A DNA stretch of 62,085 bases, counting the filler, from Platydemus manokwari (taxonomy: Eukaryota), in NCBI GenBank assembly GCA_037951405.1. It is 5 parts of 5 records of this genome, joined end to end, with 100 filler letters (N's around TTAATTAATTAA, not from the genome) between each part and the next. Parts side by side here need not be neighbours in the genome. Positions count along the whole stretch, not along the records: positions 1 to 12,202 come from JBBMOY010257782.1; positions 12,303 to 26,954 come from JBBMOY011421422.1; 3 more parts are not named here. One strand, 5' to 3'. Below, piece after piece: positions 1 to 13,869 of the stretch. The notes under the pieces were generated by a model. It saw only the letters and a program-made list of their open reading frames with translations, had not been told where the DNA came from and searched no databases. Position 1 is the first letter of the stretch. Every line of letters begins with the position of its first letter. Both the position numbers and the translations under genes were made by a program.

Positions 1-1464
1 TAAAATATTAACCCTCATTAAATAGAAATTATATCCTGATAAAAAATTACCAACATCTATTTCACTTAGCAATAAGATCTACAACTGATAAAAATTCTAC
101 TAAATAGAATTAAGTAATAAACCTTAACTGATAATGTCTTTGTATTATGTAGCTTGGCAATAAAATATTCCATAATTAAAATATTCCTTCAAAAGAAATT
201 AAATAATAACCTTTATTAAAAATAAATATACTAAATTCCATGTAATAAAAACACCTATTGTAAACACAATGGACCCAGAGTAAAGAAAACAAACCTATTG
301 AAATAAAATTATACGCCTTCTTAATATGGAAGATACTCCTGAATTAATAATAGTGTTGGAAAAGCATTGACCGGCTTGTGCTCTATTCAGATAGTGAGGA
401 AAGCGAGGAAGAAAGACCTCCCATTACCATTAGTTAATAACGTGAATGGAAAAGCAGAATAGCCCTAGATAAACACGAAAAACACCAAGCAACACCATAC
501 AAATCATCAACATTACAGTAATCACTTAAAGTTAATGAATTTAAAAAGCCAACTGCACCAGTTAGACCAAATCCAGTTAAACTAAACCCAAAGTGGGAGA
601 TTTGGGGCATGAGAAACTGGAGTGTGGATCTGGATGTCTGAGAGTCAGTAAGAATTTCACTAATACTGCTCCGTCAGGAATATCCATTCACTCAACAATC
701 CAAAATCTTCTCAACTGACTGCTCCGCCAGGAATATAATTATTATCTTACAAAAATTTATAATAAAATTTATAACGCAAAATCATAAGTTCTCACGTTCC
801 CGATGAGATCACTTGACAGATTTGTTTGATAAAATGTTTAGTTTGAGATAAACTTTTGCTTTGAGTTAATATTGTTAATCGATTTGTACTATCATAAATA
901 AGGGTAATTTAATCACTTGCTGTTTGATTTGAGTAATAATTTTAAAAATCATATTGAAGAACTCACGCTGTTGAATTGAACCTAACAACAATAAACAACA
1001 ACATACGCAATCCAACAATAGTATAAATACATTGACAACATCAGCTGCCTTGCCCATTAAGAACAGCTAAATTAGTGAAAAGCTCATTAATCAAATATTC
1101 AGTGGAATAAACCATTAGCACAGCCAATTTTCTCAAATCTTCGACATTTGTATGCTCAGTAAATTACTGGAAGATATTGATATTGATATTGCTTTGTGGA
1201 GATATACAATCCAACGTCATTAAAAGATTAGTAAGCTAATTAATTGTAAGATCAGTAACTATTTATTGGATTTGATCAAAAGTCCTTGAATAATTGGTTT
1301 TACTCCTCTCAGGAGTTTATTAACCATTAGCTTTTCCAGAAGTTTTAGCCAAACTCTGTTGTTGAAGTGCATACAAGTACTTGTAAAATCAAAGTTTCGT
1401 ATAAATTGTATAATTGTAATTGGGCGTTATAGTAATAAACGTATTTCAAAACAGAAAACCGTTT

Positions 1465-2142
1465 GAATCAATTGAAGAATCTCCTTCTGAACTAGTCTAA
1501 GGGTGAGATTCTTCAATTCCACATATTCAATAAATCTATTGTGTTTTAAACATCTACTTATATTAAATCATATTTGTTTTAAATATTCTTTAATTTTTAG
1601 GCTTGGATCGAAATACTTTTCAAAATGTACTTTTTCCTCTTTTTTGTGTAGATACTTTACCCGCTATCAATTGGTTAAGACTCGCAATTGGGTATACGGA
1701 AATTGTGCATAAAAGAGATGCGGACACACTTTTAACATTTATTCAAGTAGTTGTACGACCTGGGTCTATCATACACACAAGCGAATGAAGATCATACAAG
1801 AATTTGCAAGGTCTTGGATTAACTCACAGAACAGTTAATTATTCTGTAAACTTCATTCATCCAATTAACAAGGTTTATACACAACATGTTGAGTTTTACT
1901 GGAACAAGTACAATGCTCAAATAAAGAATGTGCGTGGGTGTCGATGAGAATTTTACACTCATACATATCAGAATTTATGTGGAGAAACAGATTTGGTGTA
2001 AATGAATTTGCAAATCTAATTTGACTTATTTTGATTTAATATTTTCTTTATTTTTTATTAATTTTGGGGTGGAGATTGATCAATGTTGGGGAGATTATTC
2101 TTCAATTGATTAATATAGGGGGAGAGATTCTTCAATTGATCC
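1465..2142 (+). mobile_element. Merlin/IS1595-family DNA transposon, internally deleted and degenerate
   Basis: Terminal inverted repeats gaatcaattgaagaatctc (1465-1483) and gagattcttcaattgatcc (2124-2142), with partial internal copies near 1506 and 2091-2110. The interior translates, with stops, as VHKRDADTLLTFIQVVVRPGSIIHTSE*RSYKNL..HRTVNYSVNF..VYTQHVEFYW..YISEFMWR, the IS1595/Merlin transposase C-terminal pattern. No clear TSD. Confidence 0.75.
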
Positions 2143-4629
2143 CATTTGCTTTAATGTTACAATTGGGAAGTGCCATTAGGATTCACGTCTGTTTACCTTT
2201 AAAAATGTGCAATCGATGCAATTAGGAATAGAAGTTTAGCAGATAGTTATAAAATCAATAAAGCAGTGTATTGATCTGTTCATCCCGTAGTTGGATATAC
2301 ATATAATATAGGCATACACATAATATAATTAGATGTACACATAATATAATACAGATAATATAATAACAAAAATTACAAATTAAAATCAAAATTTCAAATG
2401 GAATTAATCTTTAGTACACAAAATTCCATAGCAACATATGGAATTAATCAGCAACTACAATTAGTCAACAGTGACCTCAGTTAGACAGCAATGACTAATT
2501 TAGACTGCTATGACAAAAACACATGTTCCCCAAGAGAACTGAATTATTAATCGACAAAACCATGACAACGGGAGATATCTCCGAGGAAACCTGACTATGT
2601 GTTTTTACGCTTAATCAGCACCTCGTGAGAAACCGTATATAAACAAGTGGAATTTACAAAATAACGCATAAAAAATTTCTCGTACAACAATTCTCACACA
2701 GAAAATTTTATAATTCAATTCGATTACTCCCAGTAACACATATTACTGAACAGCAGAATCTATAATCAGTGGAATATTTATTCAACACATTTGCAATAGT
2801 AATTTTCTATTTGATTGTACCATCCATCAATTGTTGATCAATCTACGATAGGAGATTAGTTGAAAATAATTAATTCATAATCTGCAAAGTCGTAAGAATT
2901 TGTGGATAGTTAAAATTCGCTATTATTTCCATAGTTTACATTCGGAGTAGGGAGCGCGTAGACCCTCCGCCAACTTTTATTTCTTTAGGGTATAAAGCTT
3001 ACCCTTCTAATTTTATCATGTTATCAATTCATATTTGTATAAATGTATCTAAATAAAAGTATTTTTATCATATTCGTTTTTATTTACTGATTCATATTAA
3101 TTATTTATAACCGTAACCTTATTCCGGTGAAGGGTCAGATTTTTGGTGGATATCCATTAATCTGCTTTTGACAAAATATAATTAAATAACATTTGGATCA
3201 CTGAGTTTATCTGATTGATTCAAACTATAAATCATCACTAAACACCCATAATATACATCACCTTCTTCACACGTGAATTACAGTTGAAAGAGGTGATAGA
3301 CTCTCATAATATTAGGTTCGAGATTACAGGTGGGTTTTTAGAATTTCAGAATACTGATAAGACTCAGACGTTGCTCAAAAGGGTTCGTCAATAACAATAA
3401 TAATAACGAAATAATAGACAACAAAATTGAAAATATCTATGTAACCCAAATATTGTTGAGATTCGCAGCTTATCTTAGAGACTTTAACAAAACATATCGA
3501 TGTTTTCTGAACAGATCTGCGATTTTCTGACTTTTATTTAGTGCCAATGTTGGCACACTACTGACCACTATCAACCGCATAGACATTCAAATGCAAATAT
3601 TTTCTGACCTTTAAATGCCAACTCAACTTTTGGATTTTGTTGGTATTTAAAATGCAATTTTTCATTCCTACATTCCACAAAACGGTAGATTAAAATAACT
3701 AGCTTCATTACCAATTAAAATGAAATTTAACAATGTTTTGTTCAAATTACTGTTCAATTCAATAAAATACCAAGGATTAAGTTGAAATATTTAAACTCTA
3801 GAATTTCAGCCAAATAGGATTTTGCATTTATATTTATACGTGCAAAATAATATAAGACTGAAATTCTATTAACCAACAACTTTAGAATAACAATAACAAA
3901 CGATATTGTAATGCCTACAAAAATTTTATATTCTTAATTTTATTTTGTCAATAAAAACCACAATGATAATGAAATCGGTCATGATTGCTATGCAACTCCG
4001 ATATTGTAAGATGAGAAGGTAATAACCTCTTTCGAGGTTTTCATCTTATTGCAAAGCTGATAATAACGTATTACTGAATTAAATGTTTTGATCAATCACT
4101 TCAATCCAAACCGTGAAGCAATACTTCGTTGAATTGGTTTTAAGGCACATACTATCATTTTCATGACCCCACCATATTTTAAAGCAGTTAGCTGATTGTC
4201 CTAATAGTTCCAAGAATTAACATCTTATGAATCTACTCAGAGTAGAAAGAGTTTTATCAAGATCTACATTATAAAATTTATGACAAAAATCTATCACCAA
4301 ATAGAACTATATGAAATCCTCATCAACAAAGACGTGGTTCATCACACATTTTAATAATATTGCAGATGAATATGATCTTAATAAAGTGAAACCTTATATG
4401 TTTCCAATCATTCTCCAGTACTATATGTGCGATCAAACCATGACCTCGGAACTAAATTCAACAATTTGTGTAATCCCGTTCGCATAAATAAAAAATTGGA
4501 TACACTTAGTGCCACTGTAGCTTTCATATTTTGATTCTTACCATCCAGTTTTCCAATCGATATTATTTCATTTAAATTTGAAACATAAAATATACCGAGA
4601 AACCAAATATATACACCAACAACTTATAG

Positions 4630-4866
4630 CAGTAGTTTTCAACCAGTGTTCTGCAATTTCTAAAATAGAACAACGAACAAAACAACACATTAAATTCAAT
4701 TTCGAAAATCTATTTTGTTATTATTTGTATAATTTTATTATTAGTTATTGTTTAAATATACTAAATTTAACATAATTATACTCGCTACATTATTGCACAT
4801 TGGTTCCTCGAGCCAGAGGAATGTTTCCGTGGAGTTCCTCTCCAGCAAAAAGGTTGAAAACCACTG
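4630..4866. mobile_element. hAT (Charlie/Buster-type) MITE
   Basis: TIRs cagtagttttcaacc (4630-4644) and ggttgaaaaccactg (4852-4866); 8-bp TSD acttatag/acttatat. The right subterminal region is the reverse complement of the left end of the element at 19248. Confidence 0.85.
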
Positions 4867-5039
4867 ACTTATATTGTATACCCATGATTTATTGTTTTAA
4901 TCAAATCACAAAATATGGAAACCTATTTTTGCCAGGAACCATAGTAAAATACCCAAAAAACCAATAAAAATTTTAAAAGAAAAAATAAAAAATTTTTAAA
5001 AATAAATAAAAAATTTTAAAAAATAAAAATTAATAAATA

Positions 5040-6552
5040 TTATTTTACACCGACAAGCGCATATCTACGCGGTGATTTGACCTCATCAAACAATTCCAAA
5101 ACTTGAGCATTGGCTATGCCATTCTCTTCTAAAAACATCAAACGATCCCAAATAATGACATTCTCAATAATTGTTGCCATGCAACATTTCAAATAAAAAA
5201 AACACGAAAACCGATGACGTAATCGAGGGAATTGGTTTTCAAATCTTTGGAAATCTTCAGCAGACATCTGAAATTAATCGATAAAAAAAAATGTCCACAC
5301 AACAAATCAATCAATAATCAATCAAAATAATATTTCGATAAACAAAACTTACACTGTCGACAATGGGCTTGAATCCCAATTTATCACATGCTAATCGAGC
5401 ATATTGTTGAAAATTATCAACATCTGTCAATTTCTTACCGATCTTACCCACAATCCAATCATCCGAAACGTAGCCCAACTTGTCAAACAGTAATCTCTGC
5501 AACAGAATCCGATGGAACATACTGGACGGCAATTGGGGCTGGTTTATAATTCGTCGAACACTTTGACTGGCAAACGATTTGGCATTTCGACCCAACAGTA
5601 TTCCGGCATTTTCCAATCGGGAACTCAACGGAAAATCCCAGATTCCCATTTGATCTTTGGGAAAATTTTTGATGAATTTTTCTTGGAGCAAATGATAACA
5701 ACAGCCCACTATGGTGACGGCTTTCGAGTCGGGATTTTTGATGAAATTTCTCAACACCGTCGACGATAAACCACCACAACAATGCAAACCCGTCAACAAA
5801 TAATTCTCACAATCACAACCTTCTTCAATCAAAATCCGACCGATTGTATCTGTCTGTGTGATATTTCGAACAATACTTCGACAATTGCCCACAACAATAC
5901 GATCGTCAACGTTTTGCTTTTTCTTCATGTTTGGCAATTGCAATTGAAATCGCTGACGGCGTTTATGAGCGCCTTCACTGTTGGATTCCTTCGAATCGAG
6001 TTCGATGACATTGAAACCCTTGGAAACGGATAAATCCGTTCCCAGATAACCTTTCCCACTGCCGATATCGACAATGTTTCTGATATTGTATCGATTACAC
6101 ACATCATGACACAAGCTACTCATCTTTTCCACTTCGTAAGATTTCTTGATTTTCATACCGTGATCGAGGAAAACGTCGTCAACAAATTTGGTTTTCACGT
6201 CGGTAAAAGATTTGAAACGTGCGAAATTCGCACAGGTTTTAATATAGTAATCCAAATCATTTGAAACAATTTCCCATTTAGGCAACAATTTACGGTTGAT
6301 AATATAATCATCAGGATCAATCAAATCATTCCAATTAATATTTGCTTTGATATCTTTCGAATCGAATGGTAATGCCACATCAGTATAGTGGATATATTGG
6401 TGTAAAATATTTTCGGGGTTTTCAATTGAATCTAAAGCTAATCGAATTTCATCAGGTAAAAAATTGTTCCACAGATCAATTATTAAAAAATCATTAGAAT
6501 GTGAATTAATTAATGGTAGAAAACTATGTACAAAATCCAATATGTCGATCAT
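5040..6552 (-). CDS. METTL25: Methyltransferase-like protein 25; two exons (5353-6552, 5040-5267), about 475 aa
   Basis: Motifs VDIGSGKGYL, GLHCCGGLS, VGCCYHLL and C-terminal DRLMFLEE..LFDEVKSPRRYAL. An 85-nt GTAAGT...TTTCAG intron (5268-5352) joins the 413-aa and 75-aa ORFs in phase 0. Confidence 0.88.
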
Positions 6553-6875
6553 TTTTTACTGTTTAATATATTTTCAATTTCAAAATCGGTTAGTTCGGTA
6601 CTTTGTGAATCTAAAACTTCGCGACAACTGTCTAAATTTAATCCAGTAACTCCAACTTTTTGATAAGAAATATTATATTTGTCACGATAATAGTTATTGC
6701 AAATTAATAAAATGCTTTTCAATTGATTATCTGAAAATTTGGTAGCTGAATTTGGATTGTTAATATCTCTTTCTATCCTATTTCGTAAGTATTCACCCAG
6801 ATTTTTATTATTTTTATAAATCTTGATTGGCCACTTGCTTAAAACTCTAAGAAATTCAGAATATTGCCTATTCAT
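6549..6875 (-). CDS. UQCC2: Ubiquinol-cytochrome c reductase complex assembly factor 2 (MNF1/Cbp6 family), 108 aa
   Basis: YSEFLRVLSKWP..NLGEYLRNRI..NNYYRDKY..TGLNLDSCREVL matches the UQCC2 pattern (YxxFLxLxxxWP, DLGxYLRxRV, SNYYKxKY, SGLxLE). A TTTTTAG acceptor lies just upstream of the ATG. Confidence 0.8.
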   Translation of the reverse strand: MNRQYSEFLRVLSKWPIKIYKNNKNLGEYLRNRIERDINNPNSATKFSDNQLKSILLICNNYYRDKYNISYQKVGVTGLNLDSCREVLDSQSTELTDFEIENILNSKK

Positions 6876-9369
6876 TAAACTAAAAATAAAAACAAATATT
6901 CAATTAATTTTAAATAGCACCACCATAACATTAAAATATCAAATTATAATTTACTCATTTAAACTATTTATATTGTTATACAAATAATATTTAATTTATC
7001 TATGAATATTTCACTAAGCATGAATAATCTTTGTGATTAAGAGCCTTAGTAAATGGAATTTTTATATTTTATGAAATGAAATTTAATAATATTAGTACAC
7101 ACGTGTTATTTGACATTCATATTTTCGATCCACACTTCTTTAAATATTTAAAATGTTTTATTTAAAAACTTACAATTAAAGTTCATTTGAAAATATGTAA
7201 AGTTCCTTAGTATTCCAACAATATAGCCTGTCATTTTATTGTAAGATTTCAGTCAACAGACTCTAAATTTTAAACATTTTTCTTGGATTCAAAAAATAAA
7301 TCAATCATTACTATTTTTCTATTCAAATATTCTAATTACATCTCCTTTGTGTTCAATAAGTCTATACTATATCATTCTTAAACACTTAAATCTTTTTCAA
7401 CAGAGTCGACGCTCCAATTTTTCTTGCTCCAGGTCTTTTCCTTCTTTTCCTAGTTTTTTAGAATTGGCCATTGCTGCCAAGTATAATGGTCTTGCTTTTC
7501 ATTTCTTTACTCTTTCTTTATCAGATCATACTTCTTTGATATGGTCCGATATCTTAGCGATTCTAATATGGCATTTTTCATTTTCCATGTATCGTGATGA
7601 AGTTTTCTGCAAGGAGAACGTCTCATATAAGTTGGTGGTAAATGCAAGATGTTCGATAGAAACGTATGGCAGCGTGAAATGCATTTAAAAATTTATATCT
7701 TTAATTAATTTTTAATCATAAAGTTAGACATTTATGAAAACATTAAACCAAACTAACTTGTCGAATATTGGAATTTTACATAGCCTGATATAAATAATTT
7801 TTCGTGAATTATCTTGAAAAATGTAATTAATGTTTCATAATTCGAAAATTTTCAATTTATAAACGAGTAAAAATAGGAAAATATTGAAAAATAGGCCAGT
7901 TGGCCAAAAAATTGGCATACAGACAGTTTTAATTCATTACAACTAATACAAAATCTGATTTACAAAGAAAGTAAAAAAATTAAATAATTATTGGCTTAGG
8001 AAGATTAAGCTAAGGAGTATTAATTAATTTAACTGTTAATATAATCAAAATTGAAAAATGATATTCTTAACAAATTAATTGATCATTATAGATAATATCT
8101 GAGAAAATAGAAGCTAATATTTATTGGATATACATTTGAAATAACAACATTTGTTATTTATATTTTTTTAGAGGTTTTGCCAGATCGGCGGTTCTCTAAT
8201 TGATTCTCACTCCTTTTTCGTACGAATCAATTGTGTAATATTTAAATTTGGGCTAAATATACTTTAATCAAATTCCTTTGTTTTTATAATATTACCTAAT
8301 ATTATCAATGTGAATTATATATCAAATCACCCGTTTGGAGTGTATAAAGGAAACACAGATTCTGTTAAAACATCACCGATGACCTAGAAAAATATTTATG
8401 TCGGAATTTCTTCAACAAATTCGATTGAATTCGGCTGCGAAATGAAGTAAATCGATTAGATTCCATGGTTCAAGCTGAAAATTGTCTCCCACCCACTAAA
8501 ACAAAGAGGAACTCCCATTAAATTACTGCTACATTTCAAGATTAACGTTCTCAAGTATATTAGTGTTGAGTGAAGACAAAATCCTGAAAAAGAAAAACGA
8601 TTTCGTACCTTAAGACCCTTGTTTTAGCAATTTAAGCATTGACACACCTACGTAATCATACAAGCGTGACAACCAATGAATCACAGATGACTTAAACAGA
8701 ACAATCATAATTTTACGAGAAACATAACTACACAAGGAGACACGCATTGGGATTGACTAATCCCCACATCTTATGATCGATGGATCCAATGAATATACAA
8801 TAAATAAAACAATCAATTAAAAATGAAACACACAAAACACGAATATAAATACTGAGACCGAGATGGTCAAATGCCAGTGTATTGGAGGTCAGCATAGTTA
8901 GCTGTCAAAGTGTTAGATGTTATTTTGCGTTTATGTTGAACATTTTATTAGATTGTTTGGAGGTAAATTTGTATAATTGTGATTAATAGATTATTTATAA
9001 TTGTTTGCCATTTTTATATTCAACACTACCATACTGAGTACGTATTAACCCAGTCTTTTTAAATAGATTGTGTGCTGAAAAATCAATCCTTTGCTCAAAT
9101 AAACATTATTTCATTTAATTTTAACTCAGCACCCATTTAGTTATAACAAGCATATATAACATTATTTGTTTGTCTAATCATAAATGTCTTTCTGCATTTT
9201 ATTTCATTGTGACTTTTCTGTATCAATTATATTATATTAATGATAATTAATCATTATTCTCACATGACCATTATATTTAAAATGTGCTGCCACAGAAGCA
9301 TCATGTCAGATAGTTTAAAGAAATATTTAATCATGGTCAGATTCTAAAACTAATTGTATAACTAATCAG

Positions 9370-9720
9370 CTGAGATGTTGGAAGAATTTGATACAAAAAT
9401 TTTATTCGAGAGTTCAGAAATCTACTAATCTGACGAAGAATTTGGTTTTCACTTGTTGACATTAGCAGTAAATGCTTTTGATGTAAAAGCTCGATGGACA
9501 GAACAGACAAAACGAATTTTAGAAGACCAATTTTTTGCAGGAGTACAAGGTTTATTAAAACGATATTGAGTCTAGTAGAACATGCGAATTATGATAAATT
9601 AGTTAAATGGGTTGCGCGAGTTGAAATGAATTCAAATATATTACGAAGTCTACCTGGAGTATATGCAACAGGAATAAAGGCTACACATATTAACAAAGTA
9701 AAAAACTACACATAATAATA
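9370..9720 (+). mobile_element. Degenerate Ty3/gypsy gag-like remnant
   Basis: Broken frames read EEFGFHLLTLAVNAF..EQTKRILEDQFFAGV / LVEHANYDKLVKWVARVE, resembling the retrotransposon capsid C-terminal 'L.DQF..G' pattern. Confidence 0.35.
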
Positions 9721-10444
9721 TTAATAAATTGCATCGTCATGGTGAATTAATATATAACCATGGTAATATTAACTCTTTCAATACGACTTTTGGCCAGTAA
9801 AAATATTTTTGTATAACTGAGCTATATGTGCTGCAAATAAATAAAGGAACATATTTACATAATTTCAAATTTTTAGAAAATATGGTTTTTTGAAAAAAGT
9901 CTATAAAGCCTCAAGGGTTTGCAGATGTGAAATTATAAACTAAAGCTAAAATTACATCTCCTTTAGTTTCTCGTCCGAAGTAAGGCGGCACTTAGTTCCT
10001 TATGTCGGTTTGTTTTAAACCTCTTCAAGACACAACACTGCTATCTGTCAAATTATTACATAACACACGTGTTAATTTTTAGTATAATATACGTATTGAA
10101 TTATCATTTTGTTATTGATTATATCATTATTATAATTATCAGTATTATTACACCTGAATTATTACACGCAACCTAATTACTGATTGAAATCGAATTATTA
10201 GTGGAATTTTCATTATTCCGGTTCTAATCATCATCTGAATAGTACACAGACAATTCATCGAGTTTTACTAGTTGAATTACCTCTTATAACTACTCATTAG
10301 ATACTACTTAGCACAGGCTAGTAGGATTCCATCAATAGTCTCTGTGGAATATCGATAGATATCGAATAGATATCACTATGCGCACAAATGCAGATCTAGA
10401 TTAGAATTAGAGCAAACGAATTTAAATGTTAAGAAATTCCTAAT

Positions 10445-10620
10445 AAAATCTTATAATTGCTAACGGATATGTCATTTGGCTTCTAATTGCAGGTCAAGGA
10501 CACCATACAGAACCCTACATCGGGAAAAAGTGAATTCAAGAGGAACCATTAAATGTTTTTCATTTGAAAAATTTAGTCACAGAGACAGATATTATTCTAG
10601 AAAACAAGAAAAATGCAATA
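10445..10620 (+). mobile_element. Degenerate gag zinc-knuckle remnant
   Basis: SYNC*RICHLASNCRS and KCFSFEKFSHRDRYY look like two decayed CCHC knuckles. Confidence 0.3.
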
Positions 10621-12202
10621 AATCTAAAATTAAAAACAAATAAGTTTTAAAGAAACTCCATCTATAATTAATGCAACGTTTCCAAATGATACTGATTTTT
10701 TTGAAAAAATAGCAAGCAAAGATGTAGAAGATTCAAACGAAATTGAGTTTTTAGCTAACAAAATTGAACCCAAAGACGAATGATAGAGTTCAATAATTAT
10801 TAACATAAACGGTACTAAAAAACCATGGTAAGAGAGACATCAGAATTATAACTAGCATATATAACAATATTATATATTTTAAATATAACTTATCTAGTTT
10901 TATTACCACTATTTTGTTTATTGGTGCTTTTGTCTGAGAAAGAATTTCCTGAATAAAAATTCAAGAAAGTATATTTTTAATTTGTAATAAATATCCATAT
11001 ACATTAAAAATAAGAATTAACAAAAGATGAAGCAAATATATAAATATAAAATATAATCAAGATAAACAGAAGCGAAATAGAAGAAAATAAATTTTGCAAA
11101 AAATAAAATTAGAATTAAAAATGTTGAAAATTGAAATCAAAAAGTAAATCTATATAAAATCATAATTAAATTTGAAACAAAATGATCATTATTGTAAAAT
11201 AAAAAATAAAATAGAACAGAATTTTAATAAAAACTTTAAAAAAGATAAGAGGTAGTTTTGCAAGATACACAAAAATATATCATAATAAGCACAAATATGA
11301 CATTAATATTCAAGACGTTATTTAAAAACATGATGCAAAAACAACTTGCAGGTGTAAGCAAAGTTAAGCTTGAAAGAAAATATAGAACATTTATGATAGT
11401 AAGAACAAATGTCTTCATCAATTTCGCTTCAAAAAGCCATTTTAAAAAACAAATGCATTCATCTCGAAATTAACATGTCAAGCTAACTTTAATTCAGCTA
11501 TATGCAATTAAAATAAATCTTAAAAATATAATAAATAAAAATTAATGAAGCATAGGTAGTTAAAAAATCTCAAAATCCATATTCGTTCAATAATACACGT
11601 AATGTTTAAATTCAAATAAATACAAAACATATTTAATTGGTGTTATTAATAATTCAATTTTTGAAAATACAAATAAAAACATCACAGTAAACACCGCAAT
11701 TAAGACGACTCATGAGTTACCATAATAACTTACCTAATTATTATGAGAATGAGATTGGAAAATGAAATTTACAAAATAAACAGACAAACGGAAACAAAAG
11801 TAAACAAAAAATCACCTTAAAAAGAACATAAAATACAGAAAATGGCATAAATAATTTTGGCAATCTCGGAAGAACAAAACTGATAAAACAAAACAGACAT
11901 GAGTAGTTTTTAATTACCATTATTAACTATAATTAATGTTAATATCGACAGAAAGGGAATTATTGAATCATATATTCACCGTGTCAATATTGTCAAAGGG
12001 CATTTATCATCTTTCGAAGTTATTTTCGCAGACCTCTTTTTCACTTGACTTCATCTTCTTCATTTATCGAATGTTAACTTATAATTTTGAATTAATTTAT
12101 TAAAGTAATTATCCATATTTCTTATTAAATAAAGTGAATTCTTCGAAACACATGCGAATCCAAGTTTTACTTTTTAAATTCATATTTCATAAGTATATTA
12201 AA

Positions 12203-12302
12203 NNNNNNNNNNNNNNNNNNNNNNNNNNNNNNNNNNNNNNNNNNNNTTAATTAATTAANNNNNNNNNNNNNNNNNNNNNNNNNNNNNNNNNNNNNNNNNN
12301 NN
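12203..12302. other. Assembly spacer N44-TTAATTAATTAA-N44 (also at 26955-27054, 41141-41240, 51226-51325)
   Basis: The same 100-nt construct occurs four times, with stops in all six frames. Confidence 0.95.
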
Positions 12303-13869
12303 ATAAAAAATTGTAAAATTTAATTTTAGAAGTTCGTTTCTTAACTTTAGCTCATATATTTAATTCCAATAATATCAACTCAAAAAATAAAATTCCTCTA
12401 GCCATGAAATTAGTCTGGATAATTTGCAGCACGTAAATTGGAACCCTTTTCTTCAATTTGCAATTGAAAATCAAAATCTTCATCAGAAGTATTTTGATTG
12501 GATGAACTCAGAAAGATGAATTTTCAAAATTCTCCTCAACATATTTCAGAAGAATTCTTTGCAGAAACATTCGAAACTGATCAAAATCATAATGAAGAGT
12601 ACAAGAGTATCAAGTAACAATTGGTATTGCAATGTTCTTAATAAAAAATTTATTCTTTTCGCCATCTTTGTCGTATGTTTTATGTTAAGTATGACGAGGC
12701 ACATCCTAGACTACGATACCAATTTCCGGATTCTCAAGTGGAATTCAAATTTCAACTAGTAATCGTTAAAGATTTTATCAAGCTTTTAACAATAGACTAT
12801 TTAGATAAAAGCAAAATCTAAAAAGTTTAAAAAATAAATCCACAGCCAACCATTCAGATTTTTAGAAATAACAACGAGGTGCTCCATCTAAGGTTATTTG
12901 GTTTCTTTACAATATACAGAAGATGAAAGACGCGGGAAGAAAGGATACAAGATATATCTTAATTCCACCTAAACGCCATTTAACATAAAATTTAATTATT
13001 TATGATAGGATATGATGTGAAAGAAACAACACTATCCAAATCATATTAACAAAGAAATAGAGTGGAACCCAAAAATGCTCTTAGTTCCACAAAATATTTC
13101 CACAATCATTATGATAGAATCCTATTATCATCAAATTATTCCCTCAATCAAAATCACCTAATTGACAGAGTCCATACAATTATACGGATTAAAAATTCAA
13201 AATATCTAAAGCATGGCAAGTATGCTTCATCAAAAATCCATCAATCACAAGCGATCACACAAGGGAAAGAATCATATTCGTAAATATTATCATGGCCAAT
13301 GAAAAGGTTCGAAATACTTACCAATCACATATTGGGGTGATAAATTATCACAGCTATATATATGTTCTAATTTCAAAGTAATTCCACGAACAAAAAATAT
13401 GGAGTTATGAAATAGAAATAGATGGATTTCATAAGCTTTTAGTGATGGAATGTATTGGCGAATATCGAACCAACAATTATTGCAGGTGGTTTACGGGCTT
13501 AAAGATATATAAGGAATTAATTGGTAACAAAGCCAATATTTAAAGGGAAAACAGAAAAAAAACAGTAGAAAACAGCGATAAATGTCAGATCATTTAATGA
13601 ATTAAAAATGGATATTTTAACGTGTGGAGCAAAACACATGAATTATGCATTGATCGTACAATTTAATTATACATTAAAAGTTTATTAAAAATATAACTAT
13701 AATTATAATTACAAATATTATGTTAGCCATTATTTATATTTTACTATTATTTGATATTAGCATATATGAATTGAATTTCATATTAGGAATGCCATTATCA
13801 TTACAAATAAATCCATAAATCAAACAATAAATTGTGAAATACTATTTATATATTAAAACTGGTTATAAG

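Noticed and set aside
667-737. Direct repeat gctccg(t/c)caggaatat, two copies about 53 nt apart, superficially CRISPR-like
   Set aside because: Only two copies, eukaryotic context and no cas genes.
5483-6649. Several ORFs overlapping METTL25 on both strands
   Set aside because: Shadow ORFs of a real, GC-richer CDS, with no motifs.
7347-7688. 113-aa plus-strand ORF and a stop-interrupted minus-strand frame
   Set aside because: Probably decayed transposon coding sequence; no assignable motif.
12247-12258. Palindromic TTAATTAATTAA repeated at four sites
   Set aside because: Always centred in 44+44 Ns, so it is an artificial scaffold spacer. Adjacency across these joins is uncertain.
12400-13620. 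Possible LINE ORF2 C-terminal remnant (similar weak cases at 15050-15450, 31600-31960, 37480-37600, 61150-61540)
   Set aside because: Too degraded to assign by eye.
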